Positions 1-11,100 of a stretch of DNA of 64,000 nt are shown one piece after another. How positions within the stretch are numbered: position 1 is the first letter of the stretch; each line of letters starts with the position of its first letter. The notes under the pieces are model-generated. The model did no database searches and was not told the origin of the DNA. It saw only the letters and a list, made by a program, of their open reading frames with translations. Both the position numbers and the translations under genes were made by a program. The stretch spans positions 6,062 through 70,061 of IMG/VR virus record IMGVR_UViG_3300020412_000001. One strand, given 5' to 3'. The DNA comes from a virus. Its lineage: Duplodnaviria > Caudoviricetes.

Positions 1-3000
1 ATTTAAAACGCCATACTCTATAAGTTTTTTGCGTTCAGCTTTCATCTCGGTATGTGTCTTATTAGTTCCCCAAGATTGTTGTAATGCTTTTAAAGTTTTA
101 GTAGGGTTTTTAAATATAGGATCAAAACCTGCGTTCCAAGATAATAATATACCAGAAGCTATATTCCTAAATGCTGTTGTTGGTGAGAATACTGTTTTAC
201 CTACTTTAGTGAAACCAGAAAAACCAACTAATATTTTAACCCAATCTTCGCTTATTGTAGATAATGGTTGTAAATCATCAATAGATTGTTTTAATTCATT
301 TGGAACATAATAATTATTTAATGTACTCCAACCGTCTCCACTAGGTGCAAGTTTGGTATAGCCTTCCTTTGCAGTTTCAGACAACAATCCTAAATCACTA
401 ATTGCATCTTTAAGCTTGTTTTGGTATTTAATGTTTGCTATAAAGTTACTTGTCTTGTAAACTGTATTAACATAATTAATTAAAGGTTCTTTGTTTTCTC
501 CTAATAGTTCTCTAAAAACTTTAGGTATGTCTTGTCGTTTCTTAAAGAATGGTGCATCTGCCTTACCACTTGCTTTTGCAGTAATTAAATTATCAGAACC
601 TTTTAAGCCTTCTAAGTATTCATAGACCATTGCTCTTGCTTCCTCTTCTGTTATATTATCTCCAAACAAATCTTTTTTGTTATCCATAATATACTCAACA
701 ACAGCATCTATTCTTCGCTTTGCTTCATTGCTAGGATTGGAAGAGGTAAGGTCATTAATATACCTTGAATCAGAAAATGCACGATACGACCTATTAATGT
801 AAGTTCCTTTATTATTCTTTATGGTTTTAATTAGATCACTATCGGGATCTATTTGTTCCAACAAGGTAATTAATTGTTCAGAAAGTGCATCAATCCTATC
901 TCTTAAATAATTTAAAGTGTCTACATCTTCATCAGTTAAAAATGAAACATCGGCATCTTTATCGCCAGACATATAATCATTTATTGTAGAGAGTCTATTA
1001 TTATATTCTGCCTTACTTACTTTTTTACTCTTGCTTTTTTTAGCGTTTTTCATAACGCCTTTTAATCTATTAGCTTCGTATTCTATAGCATCTGTAATTT
1101 GAGATACTGCTCTTATTCTACCCCTAACAGTTTCAGCAATAGATTTATCTGCACCTGCATCACTATCTAGATTTCTATTCCAAAATCGTCTTGCGCGCTC
1201 TTTAAATGATCTTTTCTTATATACTGTTCCAGTATTAGATAGTTCTGTATTTCTATCTTTAGGACTATTCTTTGTTTCTTTAGCCTCTTTGTTTACGTAG
1301 TTTGTAAACGTATCAATAGCTTCAGCTTTTTCTTTGGTGGTTAAGCCTTTATACCAATCTGTGTTTTTAATATGATTAATACCTGCGCTTAATACATCTG
1401 CAAAAGATTTTGCACCTTTAGTAGCTAATTTCATTGCTTGTAATGCACCTTTAGCCACAGCAATAGGAATACCCATACTTAGGTAATCCTTTGTTTCGTT
1501 ATTTAATTTTTGCTCTAAGTTTTCTAAAAATCCTAGTGCATTGTCTAAGCCTAATACTTCACTAAGGTTTACATCTTTGGCTTGGTCTTCTGTTGTGTCT
1601 TGTTCTCTGCCATCTTCTGTATTTGTGGATTCTCCTTCATCTTCCTGGCTATTTTCAGTTGCATTAACGCTCTCATTGCGGGTGTTATTATCTTCTCCAT
1701 AGTTTTCCTTATTAAACGTTTCTATTTCGTTATTTAAACTTATTAAATCTTTATCACTTAATATAGATAATGATCCGTATTCTTCTATTAATTTTTCTTT
1801 GTTTACAAGTTGGTCTACTGCTTCTTTTAAAAACCTATCTGTTGCAGGTAATCCAGTTATTTCTGTGAATCTTGTTTTTGCAGGTTCACTATATATATCT
1901 TTTATGCTCTTGAAAACATCATTAGCACCATTTGGATATTCTTCCATAAAAGAAACTATATCTTCTACAGTTATTTCTACGCCAGAATCCTTGCTCATTT
2001 CTTGCGCTATATCATCAATAGCCCTACCTTTATCGCTTAATTCAATCCCTTTATCTTGAACCTTAGCAAAATAGGTTTTAGCCATACTTCGACCAATCTT
2101 GTTTTTATCTCCAAAGTTTTCGTAACTTTTTTTGTTAACCTTACCTATATTATCTGCTATAAATTTGGTTTTATAGTCTAAAGAATCATTAATATAAGCA
2201 TCTGTTTTCGTTCTTAGTGCAACTTCTGCTATTTCAGATGGGTTCTCACTTTTCTCTACAATATCGGTATCTGGATTATAATTTCTTCCTGCGTTAACTG
2301 GTGAGTCAACCTTATTGCCTTGTGTTAAGTCTGTATTTTTAGAGTACTCATAAAGCACATCATTTACTCTTGTCGTGTTTTCTGTACCGTCTTCGTTGTT
2401 TACTTTAAATATACCATTCTCATCTTTATAAACAGTATATTCCTGCGCCCTTTTAGTTTTTCCAAGCCTAATTTTTACAGGTTGTGATGCTTCATTTGTT
2501 TCTGTAACCGTATCTTCAACCTTATCTACTGCTGTTTGGGCTTGTTGCGTATCTTCCTTTGGTAATACGTCTTGCTTCTCTTGTTCTTTGGTATCTTCTT
2601 CAAGGTTTTGTGTGGCATCTGTGTCTTGGTTTATAGGTTGTTCTTCTGTTGTGTTGTCTTCAATAGTAGCATCTTCATTGGTTACAACTTCCTCATTTTT
2701 AGCCTTAACGTCTTCGGCATCTTTCGTAGTATCAACGTCTACAACTTCTTCATTTACATCTGTATTCTTAGCATTATCATCTGTGCTAAATGCTTTACCT
2801 TCCAAGACATCGTTACGCTCTGTTTCAAGGTCATTAAAGCGTTTTTTTAATGGTTTTAATGCATTCTCCTTAGAGGATTTACTTAAGCCTTTATCGTCTC
2901 TTATAGCGATTGCTTTATTACGTAAGCTTGCTTGCTCACTAATTATAGATTGTATAGCATTATAGCTTTTCTCATCTACGTTTTTCATTGTAGATACCGC

Positions 3001-4923
3001 ACCGTCATAAATACGCTTGTTGTCTTTTAATACGGTTTCTATTTGGTCTTGTATTACCGTTTTAGCTTCTGCACTTTCAGCCGATGTATAGTCTTGCTCT
3101 AATTCTTTTAACTTCTTAATGTTCTTAGATAAACCATCTACACCAGATTTAGGAGTAAAATAACTTACTGTTTCTGTTGCCAATTTTGTACCACCAGTAA
3201 TAAATGGGCTACTCGCCAATGTGCTTATGGCGGTGTGATTCATATTATCTATCAAGGTTTTAGAGGTGTCTCCTAAACCATAAATATCTACACCATTTTG
3301 AACGTATGTTGTTCCCATTTCTGTTAAGACTTCTAATGCATTGTCTTTAACAAATTGCTTGGCATATTGTTTACCGCCTTCTTTAAATAATGTTTTTGTT
3401 AGTGGTGCGTTTACGGTGCGTTTAAGAATACCCAATGTTGGTAGTGATCCTAATAATGAATCTGCACCACCATATAATGCAGGTGCAATAATCTTTTGTG
3501 CAGGAGAATAGGATTTAGGATTTAAGGAATTTGATTCCTCTTCCTTCATTGTAACATACTTATCACCTGCGCTTTGTAATCCTAACATAGCAACTCCTAA
3601 AGTACCACTTACAGGATTACTTAATTGTACTAATGTTGGTATCTGTGTACTTACTTCTTGTGCAATAAAAAACCCTAAGTCACTTACATCGCCTACTTCT
3701 TCATAAGACATAGGTTCTGCATATAGCTTAGAAGCTTCAGTATTTGTTTCTTTAATTTCTAAAGCTTTATCTAATAGTTCATCTGAACCTATTTTATCTA
3801 AAGGATTACCAGTTATAATGCTTTTTGTGTTCAGTAAATATGAAAGCCCACCAACTGTATTTTGTTTTACTCTTCCAAAGCCAATCTCAATAGTGGCTTG
3901 TAGATTTTCTTTCCAACCGTATTCACGTTTAATTAAATCTATCGCTTCTTTTTCTTCTAGTTGCTTAGACTCGTTAGCTACTAACTCATCACGTAGTGTA
4001 TTGTACTTTCCTACAAGACTATTAAATGTATCTATCTTTTCCTTACGTAGTTGTTGTAATTGTTCTGGGATTGCCTCATTACCTTCATTTAGGTTATCCA
4101 TTGCAGATTCATTTGAAGCTATCTTAGATTCTAACACGTCCATTTTAGAACGCAACATCTCTAACTCTGCAACCTTTAACTGCTCGTCTTCTTCTAAAGA
4201 TTTATAATTCATCACCTTATCTATTCGTAAGGCTTCTTTATCTTCTTCGGGTAATTCTTCAAGGTATGTTTTAACCTTCTGCTTTTTAATACTACTTAAT
4301 TCCTTATTAACAGCAATATCATTAATCTTAAGTTCTAATGCTTCTGGTGTTGCGTTTTGCCCTTCTTTTTTAAGTGCTTTTATTGCTTCTTTCTCTAATG
4401 TGTCTCTATAACTTACAGGCTTATTAGGCTTTCCTACCAAACCGCCAGAGGTTACATAACTCATTGCACTAGAGAAATAATATCCTGCGGTTTCTAATCC
4501 GCTAACGTCTTCAGATAAGCGTTCTTCTGCGCGCTGTTTAGCTAATGCCCTTTCATCATCATTTACATTATAAACATTATCCCATTCCCTTACACGCTCT
4601 GTAACGTTGTTTAATTGATTTACAGCTTTATTTTGCGTTTCTAAATCTTGAACGTATCTATCGGTAAAATTGGTCTTAGGTTCTTGTGTAGCCAAAGAAG
4701 TGCTTTCCGTAGCCCCATTCGACTCCGAATTTGTAACTTCTGAAGTAGAGTTCGATTCGTCTTTTTTTTTTACGCTATACAAGGTTTTAAAGTCTTCAAT
4801 AAAAAACTTTATGTCATCGTCTGATGTGCCTTTGTCTATAAGTTTATCAATAGCCGAATTAAGCTTATCGTCATAAACATTTTGCTCTAATGGTTTAGGT
4901 TCTGTGTTTGCTTGCTTACCCAT
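1..4923 (-). CDS. Large internal virion (ejection) protein, partial; runs off the left edge (>1640 aa)
   Basis: Missing from the ORF track because no stop falls in the window. ATG at 4923 reads MGKQANTEPKPLEQNVYDDKL...VKKKDESNSTS. The frame was open in every line spot-checked down to position 1. Lies after two smaller internal virion genes, as in podoviruses. Confidence 0.8.
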   Translation of the reverse strand, partial: MGKQANTEPKPLEQNVYDDKLNSAIDKLIDKGTSDDDIKFFIEDFKTLYSVKKKDESNSTSEVTNSESNGATESTSLATQEPKTNFTDRYVQDLETQNKAVNQLNNVTERVREWDNVYNVNDDERALAKQRAEERLSEDVSGLETAGYYFSSAMSYVTSGGLVGKPNKPVSYRDTLEKEAIKALKKEGQNATPEALELKINDIAVNKELSSIKKQKVKTYLEELPEEDKEALRIDKVMNYKSLEEDEQLKVAELEMLRSKMDVLESKIASNESAMDNLNEGNEAIPEQLQQLRKEKIDTFNSLVGKYNTLRDELVANESKQLEEKEAIDLIKREYGWKENLQATIEIGFGRVKQNTVGGLSYLLNTKSIITGNPLDKIGSDELLDKALEIKETNTEASKLYAEPMSYEEVGDVSDLGFFIAQEVSTQIPTLVQLSNPVSGTLGVAMLGLQSAGDKYVTMKEEESNSLNPKSYSPAQKIIAPALYGGADSLLGSLPTLGILKRTVNAPLTKTLFKEGGKQYAKQFVKDNALEVLTEMGTTYVQNGVDIYGLGDTSKTLIDNMNHTAISTLASSPFITGGTKLATETVSYFTPKSGVDGLSKNIKKLKELEQDYTSAESAEAKTVIQDQIETVLKDNKRIYDGAVSTMKNVDEKSYNAIQSIISEQASLRNKAIAIRDDKGLSKSSKENALKPLKKRFNDLETERNDVLEGKAFSTDDNAKNTDVNEEVVDVDTTKDAEDVKAKNEEVVTNEDATIEDNTTEEQPINQDTDATQNLEEDTKEQEKQDVLPKEDTQQAQTAVDKVEDTVTETNEASQPVKIRLGKTKRAQEYTVYKDENGIFKVNNEDGTENTTRVNDVLYEYSKNTDLTQGNKVDSPVNAGRNYNPDTDIVEKSENPSEIAEVALRTKTDAYINDSLDYKTKFIADNIGKVNKKSYENFGDKNKIGRSMAKTYFAKVQDKGIELSDKGRAIDDIAQEMSKDSGVEITVEDIVSFMEEYPNGANDVFKSIKDIYSEPAKTRFTEITGLPATDRFLKEAVDQLVNKEKLIEEYGSLSILSDKDLISLNNEIETFNKENYGEDNNTRNESVNATENSQEDEGESTNTEDGREQDTTEDQAKDVNLSEVLGLDNALGFLENLEQKLNNETKDYLSMGIPIAVAKGALQAMKLATKGAKSFADVLSAGINHIKNTDWYKGLTTKEKAEAIDTFTNYVNKEAKETKNSPKDRNTELSNTGTVYKKRSFKERARRFWNRNLDSDAGADKSIAETVRGRIRAVSQITDAIEYEANRLKGVMKNAKKSKSKKVSKAEYNNRLSTINDYMSGDKDADVSFLTDEDVDTLNYLRDRIDALSEQLITLLEQIDPDSDLIKTIKNNKGTYINRSYRAFSDSRYINDLTSSNPSNEAKRRIDAVVEYIMDNKKDLFGDNITEEEARAMVYEYLEGLKGSDNLITAKASGKADAPFFKKRQDIPKVFRELLGENKEPLINYVNTVYKTSNFIANIKYQNKLKDAISDLGLLSETAKEGYTKLAPSGDGWSTLNNYYVPNELKQSIDDLQPLSTISEDWVKILVGFSGFTKVGKTVFSPTTAFRNIASGILLSWNAGFDPIFKNPTKTLKALQQSWGTNKTHTEMKAERKKLIEYGVLN

Positions 4924-4938
4924 AGTTGTATTGAAATA

Positions 4939-6429
4939 TTATAGTCCTGCTTCGGCTCTTAATCTCGCTCTGCGTTCTTCTGCTGTTTCTTGTGATTTTT
5001 TCTTCCCTTCTGAAGCATTATACTTCTTGTCAAGGAAATCTTTTAACTCCTTACCGTTTTTAAACCTATTGCCTTCATCATCAATAATCTTAGGGTTTCT
5101 CGATAGGTTGTTTAGTTGAGTGGTATTTAATTCTTGGTTCTGTTTTTTAGTAGATGTTTTAACCGACTTGTTTAACTCTTCATCAAATTGCTCACTCTCA
5201 ATAATTACATCGGCAAATACTTTTCCGTCTTCAGAAACAACAACGTTGCTAATGCTTTGTTTCCCATTTTGAGTTTTAAGCAATTCAATAGGTTGTCCAC
5301 CACCAAACGTAACAACGTAGCCTTCTCCTAACTCATCTTCTGTCGGTGCGCCATCTTCACTATATTTATAGACCTTTCTCTTTTCTGGCTCTCCTGTGTT
5401 TTGGTTTATGCTTATCTCTGGTGTAACGCTTTCTTTGTCTTCTAAGTGCTCTTTCCTTCTGTTGTTTTCTTTCTTAATATCTAATGCCGTCTTCTGGTCA
5501 TAACTCACTTCTTTTTCTGTGTCTACTTGTGATATGATCTTGTCTTTAATCTTATCTTTAATAGCCGTCATTTCCTCATCTGTAGTCGGTAACTCTAATC
5601 CTAAATTGTCTTGTACTAAAGATTTAAAGGCTGTCGTCATTGTCTCTACACTTGTGCCAAACCTATCATTCATATCTGTTTCTAATACAGATACAGAAGT
5701 TTCATTAACGCCTTTGTTGCGTTCTGTTCTTAGTCCTGTTTGTATGCCTATATCGCTTGTAGATAATTTTTTCTTAGATTCAGTTATATAGGTATCTAAA
5801 TTAAATGCAGGAATAAACTCTCCAAGCTTATCTGCTTCAAACATATTTCCTAATGTAATGCCTTCTCCTTCTGCATCGTTTATACCATCACCATCCACAT
5901 CAATAAATAGCTGTGTCTTTCCGTCTGCATAATATAAAGCGAAATTGTAATCATTAAATAGCTTGTCAAAGGCTTCTAACTTTCCTTTGTTTAATGTTTT
6001 GCTATATTTACCGCTTGCAACACCTTCTTCAAAATCTTTCTTTCTATCTACCAAGGCTTGTGATAGTAATTTTAATTGCTCTGGTTGTTTTGTGATTCTG
6101 TCTATCTCTAACTTAGCCCTAAAGTTGTCTGGATCTTTTTCTAAAATAGCATAGGCTTCATCCAACTTTGTGACAAGCTTATTTTCTATGTAGTCTGCAA
6201 TACCTTCATCTATAGAACTGTAACCTGTCTTCTGCGATTTAAGCTTGTCATACGCATTTATCTTAGATGTCTGCCTTACTTCTTTTTCTTTCTTCTTGGC
6301 ATTGTCATCTATACGGTCTTGTTGACGGTCAATATTATCTTGTCGTCTTGCATCATTCAATATCCCTTGTAGATTATTCTCTAAAGGTCTTAGTTGATTT
6401 AATGCGCTGTATGTTCCTTTTGTTGGCAT
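4939..6429 (-). CDS. Internal virion protein (496 aa, helical/charged)
   Basis: Long ORF between the small pilot-like protein and the giant virion protein; function from synteny only. Confidence 0.6.
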   Translation of the reverse strand: MPTKGTYSALNQLRPLENNLQGILNDARRQDNIDRQQDRIDDNAKKKEKEVRQTSKINAYDKLKSQKTGYSSIDEGIADYIENKLVTKLDEAYAILEKDPDNFRAKLEIDRITKQPEQLKLLSQALVDRKKDFEEGVASGKYSKTLNKGKLEAFDKLFNDYNFALYYADGKTQLFIDVDGDGINDAEGEGITLGNMFEADKLGEFIPAFNLDTYITESKKKLSTSDIGIQTGLRTERNKGVNETSVSVLETDMNDRFGTSVETMTTAFKSLVQDNLGLELPTTDEEMTAIKDKIKDKIISQVDTEKEVSYDQKTALDIKKENNRRKEHLEDKESVTPEISINQNTGEPEKRKVYKYSEDGAPTEDELGEGYVVTFGGGQPIELLKTQNGKQSISNVVVSEDGKVFADVIIESEQFDEELNKSVKTSTKKQNQELNTTQLNNLSRNPKIIDDEGNRFKNGKELKDFLDKKYNASEGKKKSQETAEERRARLRAEAGL

Positions 6430-6441
6430 TGTATTTATGTT

Positions 6442-7002
6442 TTATATAGGGTTATTTTGAACAACAGTTGGTGGTGTCGGATCGTCTTCACCATCAAACC
6501 AACGGTATGCTACATAATTCCCTATTTCTCCTACTTGTCCTGTTGCGCTTTGTAACCCATTCCAAAAATCTTGTCTTGCTACATTTATAGAGTTGCCTAT
6601 TCCTGCCAAGTCTGCCGATTCTCTATACTCCATCATTCGCCTAATGTTAGACTTATCATTGGCTACAGCATAATCTCTATTAATTATTTGCTCATCAAGG
6701 TATTTTCTAGTTTCCCTATTTGCCCTATTGTTTTCTGCAACAACGCCTGGCAACGCACCCATTGCTCTTGTATCTGAACCTTGTAATGCATCTACAGCCA
6801 TTGCGCTTGTGCGTTGCGCTTCTTCTTTTAAAATATCACTACCTACTGTGCTTACGGCAATATTCTCAAAAGCATTGTCCAAGTTTTGTCTGTTGTACTC
6901 TTCCAAGTCTTCCTTTGCTTCCTTTTGTTGTTTTGCAGAACTTACTGTTTGGTATGCAGATAATCCTAAACCTGCTACTGCTGTTATTGTTGCTACGCCC
7001 AT
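6442..7002 (-). CDS. Small internal virion/pilot protein (186 aa)
   Basis: Gly/Ala-rich N-terminus MGVATITAVAGLGLSAYQ followed by coiled coil, typical of first podoviral ejection proteins. Confidence 0.6.
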   Translation of the reverse strand: MGVATITAVAGLGLSAYQTVSSAKQQKEAKEDLEEYNRQNLDNAFENIAVSTVGSDILKEEAQRTSAMAVDALQGSDTRAMGALPGVVAENNRANRETRKYLDEQIINRDYAVANDKSNIRRMMEYRESADLAGIGNSINVARQDFWNGLQSATGQVGEIGNYVAYRWFDGEDDPTPPTVVQNNPI

Positions 7003-7004
7003 AA

Positions 7005-7406
7005 CTATAATTTTAATACTAATTCGTTCATATTCTTACTGCCGTCCATAAAGCCTAATTTTTTATAGGTGTTATATAGGCTTCCGTCTGCGACTATTGT
7101 ATACACATACTTAAATCCCTTGTTCCTTGCTATGTCATTAATGGCGGTTAATAGTTTCTTCACACCTAATCCTCTGTCTTTTCCAGAGGCTTTCATATTG
7201 CTTATAACAAACTCACTCCAACAAATTTTAGAGTTGGTGAAATAGATAAATCCTGCACATATAGGTTCGCCTTCCTTCTCTATCATAATGCCACCTGTGC
7301 CGTTCTCTGGTAAAAAGTCTTTTGGCGGTACTTCCCAACCCCAATCTTTCCACCATTTAGATAGTGTGCTATAATCTGCTGTTGTTAATACCCTTTCCTT
7401 AAACAT
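7005..7406 (-). CDS. GNAT-like acetyltransferase-fold protein
   Basis: 133 aa with PICAGFIY..SKICWSEFVISN...RGLG and YKKLGF motifs; conserved position between nozzle and ejection genes. Confidence 0.6.
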   Translation of the reverse strand: MFKERVLTTADYSTLSKWWKDWGWEVPPKDFLPENGTGGIMIEKEGEPICAGFIYFTNSKICWSEFVISNMKASGKDRGLGVKKLLTAINDIARNKGFKYVYTIVADGSLYNTYKKLGFMDGSKNMNELVLKL

Positions 7407-8124
7407 AACTCTTAATTATATTACTGTTTACCGCAAACAATTCTGCTTGGTCTGTATCGTCATTCTCTAAATCAATAGCCATATAATAACCTCTTACCTC
7501 ACTTCCCTCTATACGCTTGTCTTTCTGTACGTAAGCAAAGTTGTTTGGTATTATCGTATTCTCTACAACACTCAATGTAATGGTGTTATCCTCTATGTCT
7601 TCAATAACACCTAATAACACAGGATTATCATTGCTAATCATATATAGGCTATGTCCAATGTTTATATTGTCTGAAACCGATGTGAATGTTATCGTGTTAC
7701 CGTTAAATGATAGTATGTTACCTATACCTTGTATTGCACCTGTGGTATCTGTCTCCAAGGTATTCTTACGTATGTAACCAAACCATCTGCTCTCACGTTG
7801 ATTAAATTCTTCTTTAGTAATCGTGCTTTCAGAAAAATTGGTAGCTACTTTTGCATCCCAAGATTTATTACCTTCTAAAACCAAAGTCTTAAATATCTTA
7901 TCGTCTGAAGGTTCTTGGTTAATTACCGTACTTACCTTACTTGTAAATTGATCGCCATAAAAATTATTCCTTGGCGCGTTCTCTTCATTATGCCTATACA
8001 ATTGCCCATTCTTAATTGTAAAAAATGAATTGTTAAGACTTAGCATCCAATCGGGTTTAAACGAATGGAATGACGTAAATCCTTTTACTTTTTCATCGTA
8101 TGTTATTGTATAAGACGTTTCCAT
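7399..8124 (-). CDS. Tail nozzle/stabilisation protein, C-terminal part
   Basis: Likely start ATG 8124 (METSYTITYDEKVKGFTSFHSFKPDW), one base after the upstream stop. Resembles the C-terminal propeller blades of podoviral nozzles. Confidence 0.6.
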   Translation of the reverse strand: METSYTITYDEKVKGFTSFHSFKPDWMLSLNNSFFTIKNGQLYRHNEENAPRNNFYGDQFTSKVSTVINQEPSDDKIFKTLVLEGNKSWDAKVATNFSESTITKEEFNQRESRWFGYIRKNTLETDTTGAIQGIGNILSFNGNTITFTSVSDNINIGHSLYMISNDNPVLLGVIEDIEDNTITLSVVENTIIPNNFAYVQKDKRIEGSEVRGYYMAIDLENDDTDQAELFAVNSNIIKSYV

Positions 8125-8125
8125 A

Positions 8126-11100
8126 TTATAATCCTGGGCATATACCATTCAACATCCAAGAGGTGTTTACAGGTGCTATAACTGTAATCCTCATTGTTGT
8201 TGGCTCTGCTGTTACTTTGTTAAACAATAGTTGTCCTAATCCTTCTTGTGGTTCTTGCGGTGAACCGTCTGCCACATCATTCTGACTTATAGAAACAGGG
8301 TTTACTTGTCCTGTTGCTACAAATTGCGATGTGTTTAAGTCATATTCATATACTGGTAGGTTGTGATTACCAATAAGTCCTGGTTGTCCGTTTTGATTGC
8401 CAACAATGTTATTGCCTACATACTTACTGTCCGCAACAGTAACACCGTTATATTCTATAATAAACCTATCTGGAACATTAAAAGAATTGTAATTAATACC
8501 TGTTAAACCTGTGTCTGTACCTATTGCTAAGTCTACATAGTAAATACCTTCATTACCACTTGCCGTAATACCTGCGTCGCAAGCTAATTGCTGTGGTGTA
8601 CTTCTATAATCCCAAATGAGATATAAAATGTCTTGTGGTGTCTGCTTGTTAAATGGAAAGGTTATTCTGTGGTTCTCATAATCACCGTCTGGATTAGTAA
8701 GTATAGGTAAAGGGAATGTTGCATTATCTACAATAGTGTCTATTTGGGTTTCATCATAAACAGTATCAGAAATTAAATAACCTATCCTATTTTCCTCATC
8801 ATAATCAAAGTCTCCTGTGTCTACAATATCTTTAAAGGCATCTAATTTTATAATTGCTCCATCTATAGGAAATCTGGTTTGCCCACCAATTCCGTCATAT
8901 ACTTTAAACAATGTTAAACCGCTTTCATCAAATTGTGGGTTTTCTATAAAGAAATTGGAGTTATTCCAATTATATCTATTAGTCATTGTTTGGTTAGCAT
9001 CAAACTCATCATTTAAAATAACCACAATAACTTTTTGTGGATTACCTAAAGGACATACACTTGATACGCTGTATTCTGTACTGTCTTGCGTTGGTGTTAT
9101 AGTTACAGTTACTTCATTAAGACTTAAGCTATCTCTTACAAAGTTTATTTGCCCTACACCTATAGTTTCATTTCCATTATATACATTACCATTAAAGGTT
9201 GCCGTTACATTTGCTTGGCCTTGCGTAATAGTATAGTTTAAAACAATATCTCCCTCTAAATCGTTTAATTTTATGGTGTATGTAAATGGTAAAGATTGAT
9301 CTGTCCTATATACTATCGTACCACAGTCTGTAAGTAATGGATTTAATATTTCTTCTTGATTTACATTTAAAATATATTGATCAAAATAAGGATCGTATGC
9401 ACCAATTTTCTTGTTGTTAGTGTATGCTCTAAAACTATCTCTAAAGTAATCTCTCATACCATATTCAGAAATAGGAGTAATACCATCTGTACTCAATCTT
9501 AAGACACGTCCGCGCTTTGCATCTGTAAACCAAACCCTATTACCAAATTCAGAGAAGCTTTCTGGATTCTTACTAATACCATATTCTCCTGTAAACGGAA
9601 TTTCTTGACCTAAAACAGCATTGGTTTGTGTTATTGTAGACTCACCATCTGCACCATAAACAACAGACTTGTTAAATAAAACTTGAAATATCTTATCTTC
9701 TTGAAAAACAATAATGTTGTTATCTCTTGAATATAATTTTTGTATACTACCATAAGCATCATCTAAATCCTTAAAGTTTCCTGTAGCTAGATTAAATTCA
9801 TTTAAAGCATTATAATTTGTGCTTTGTTGAAAAACACCACTATATGTTAATGAGGCTATCCTCTCATTTCTTTTGTATTCATCTAAAACAGTAATTGGTC
9901 TTGTATCAAAACCTATTCTATTACCGTTAAATGAATCTTTTATCTTAGAAGACTCTACGCCATTACCCCAACTAAATGCATTAAAAACAGGTAGTTTTAA
10001 TGATGCTGTTGTTCCAAGGTTTAGGTTTTGGTTTCTGTCTATAAGATCAAAACCTAAGTGGTTTCCATTTTCATCTATAGGGTATGTTCTACTTACTTCA
10101 TAGTAAATGTCGTTGTCATTCTCTACTGCCTCTGTTTCAAATATTGGTAAGGATTCTAACTTTCGTACTTCTGTTGTTGTCTGTGTATATACCTTCCTGC
10201 TCCTATCAAAACTTCTGTCTGACTCTATTATTATTCCTGTAAACTGCCCGTTAGGATTTATCTTTGCACCTCCTAAATCACCCTCTACAAACTCACTCGG
10301 ATAGTTTATTTCTGAACCGTCTGAAAATTTTGTGAGATTAAAGCGTCTGAATTTAATTTGTGAATATTCACCTAAATAGTTTTGGTTATTTATTTCGTTA
10401 AATATCTCTTCGCCATAAAACCACTCTTCTAAATCCTCATAGTTGTTACCCGAAATATTTGTTATATCAAATTCTGAAGTTACGCTACCCTCCTCTTTTC
10501 TTGAACGGTAAAATAAACGTATTTGTGAACCTACTGTGATAGATTGGTGATACAGTAAAACACCATAAGACCTTCTTGCTTCATCTGCAACAAAACCTTT
10601 GTTCTTTTTGATTAACCATTTATCCTCTATAGAGTGTCCTGTAGTAGCATTAAAACTTATGCTCATATCAGAATCTAATACAATTGGTGAAGTAGATAAA
10701 GGTATACCATCATCATTGTTATTATTCCAAAATGAAAACACACCGTTTACATCTTGTGTGCGCCATTGAAATGTGTCTCCAGATTCATCTGTTGTAAATA
10801 TTTCAACCTCGTACCTTTTGTCTTCTGTTGTATAGCTAGGTATAGTTGTTATATCGTCTAAAGTGTCGCCTTTAAATAAAACTGTTGTGTGATCTAGTTC
10901 CTCATTTATTACAGTTTGTTGTATTTCTGTAGAAGGCGCGCTACCGTCTGCCGTATCTTTGTAACTTAAGCTAAAAAAAGAATAGGAGTTTTCATCAAAA
11001 ATAACATCACTACTTTCAAAAGATACTTTAAAATATAAGCCTTTAGGTTGGCCACCATCTTCGCCATTTATAAAATCCTTGTCTTGATTCTTTACTTCAA

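Noticed and set aside
8101-8160. Programmed frameshift joining the two nozzle ORFs
   Set aside because: A clean TAA-T-ATG coupling at 8128-8122 explains the junction; no slippery site seen.
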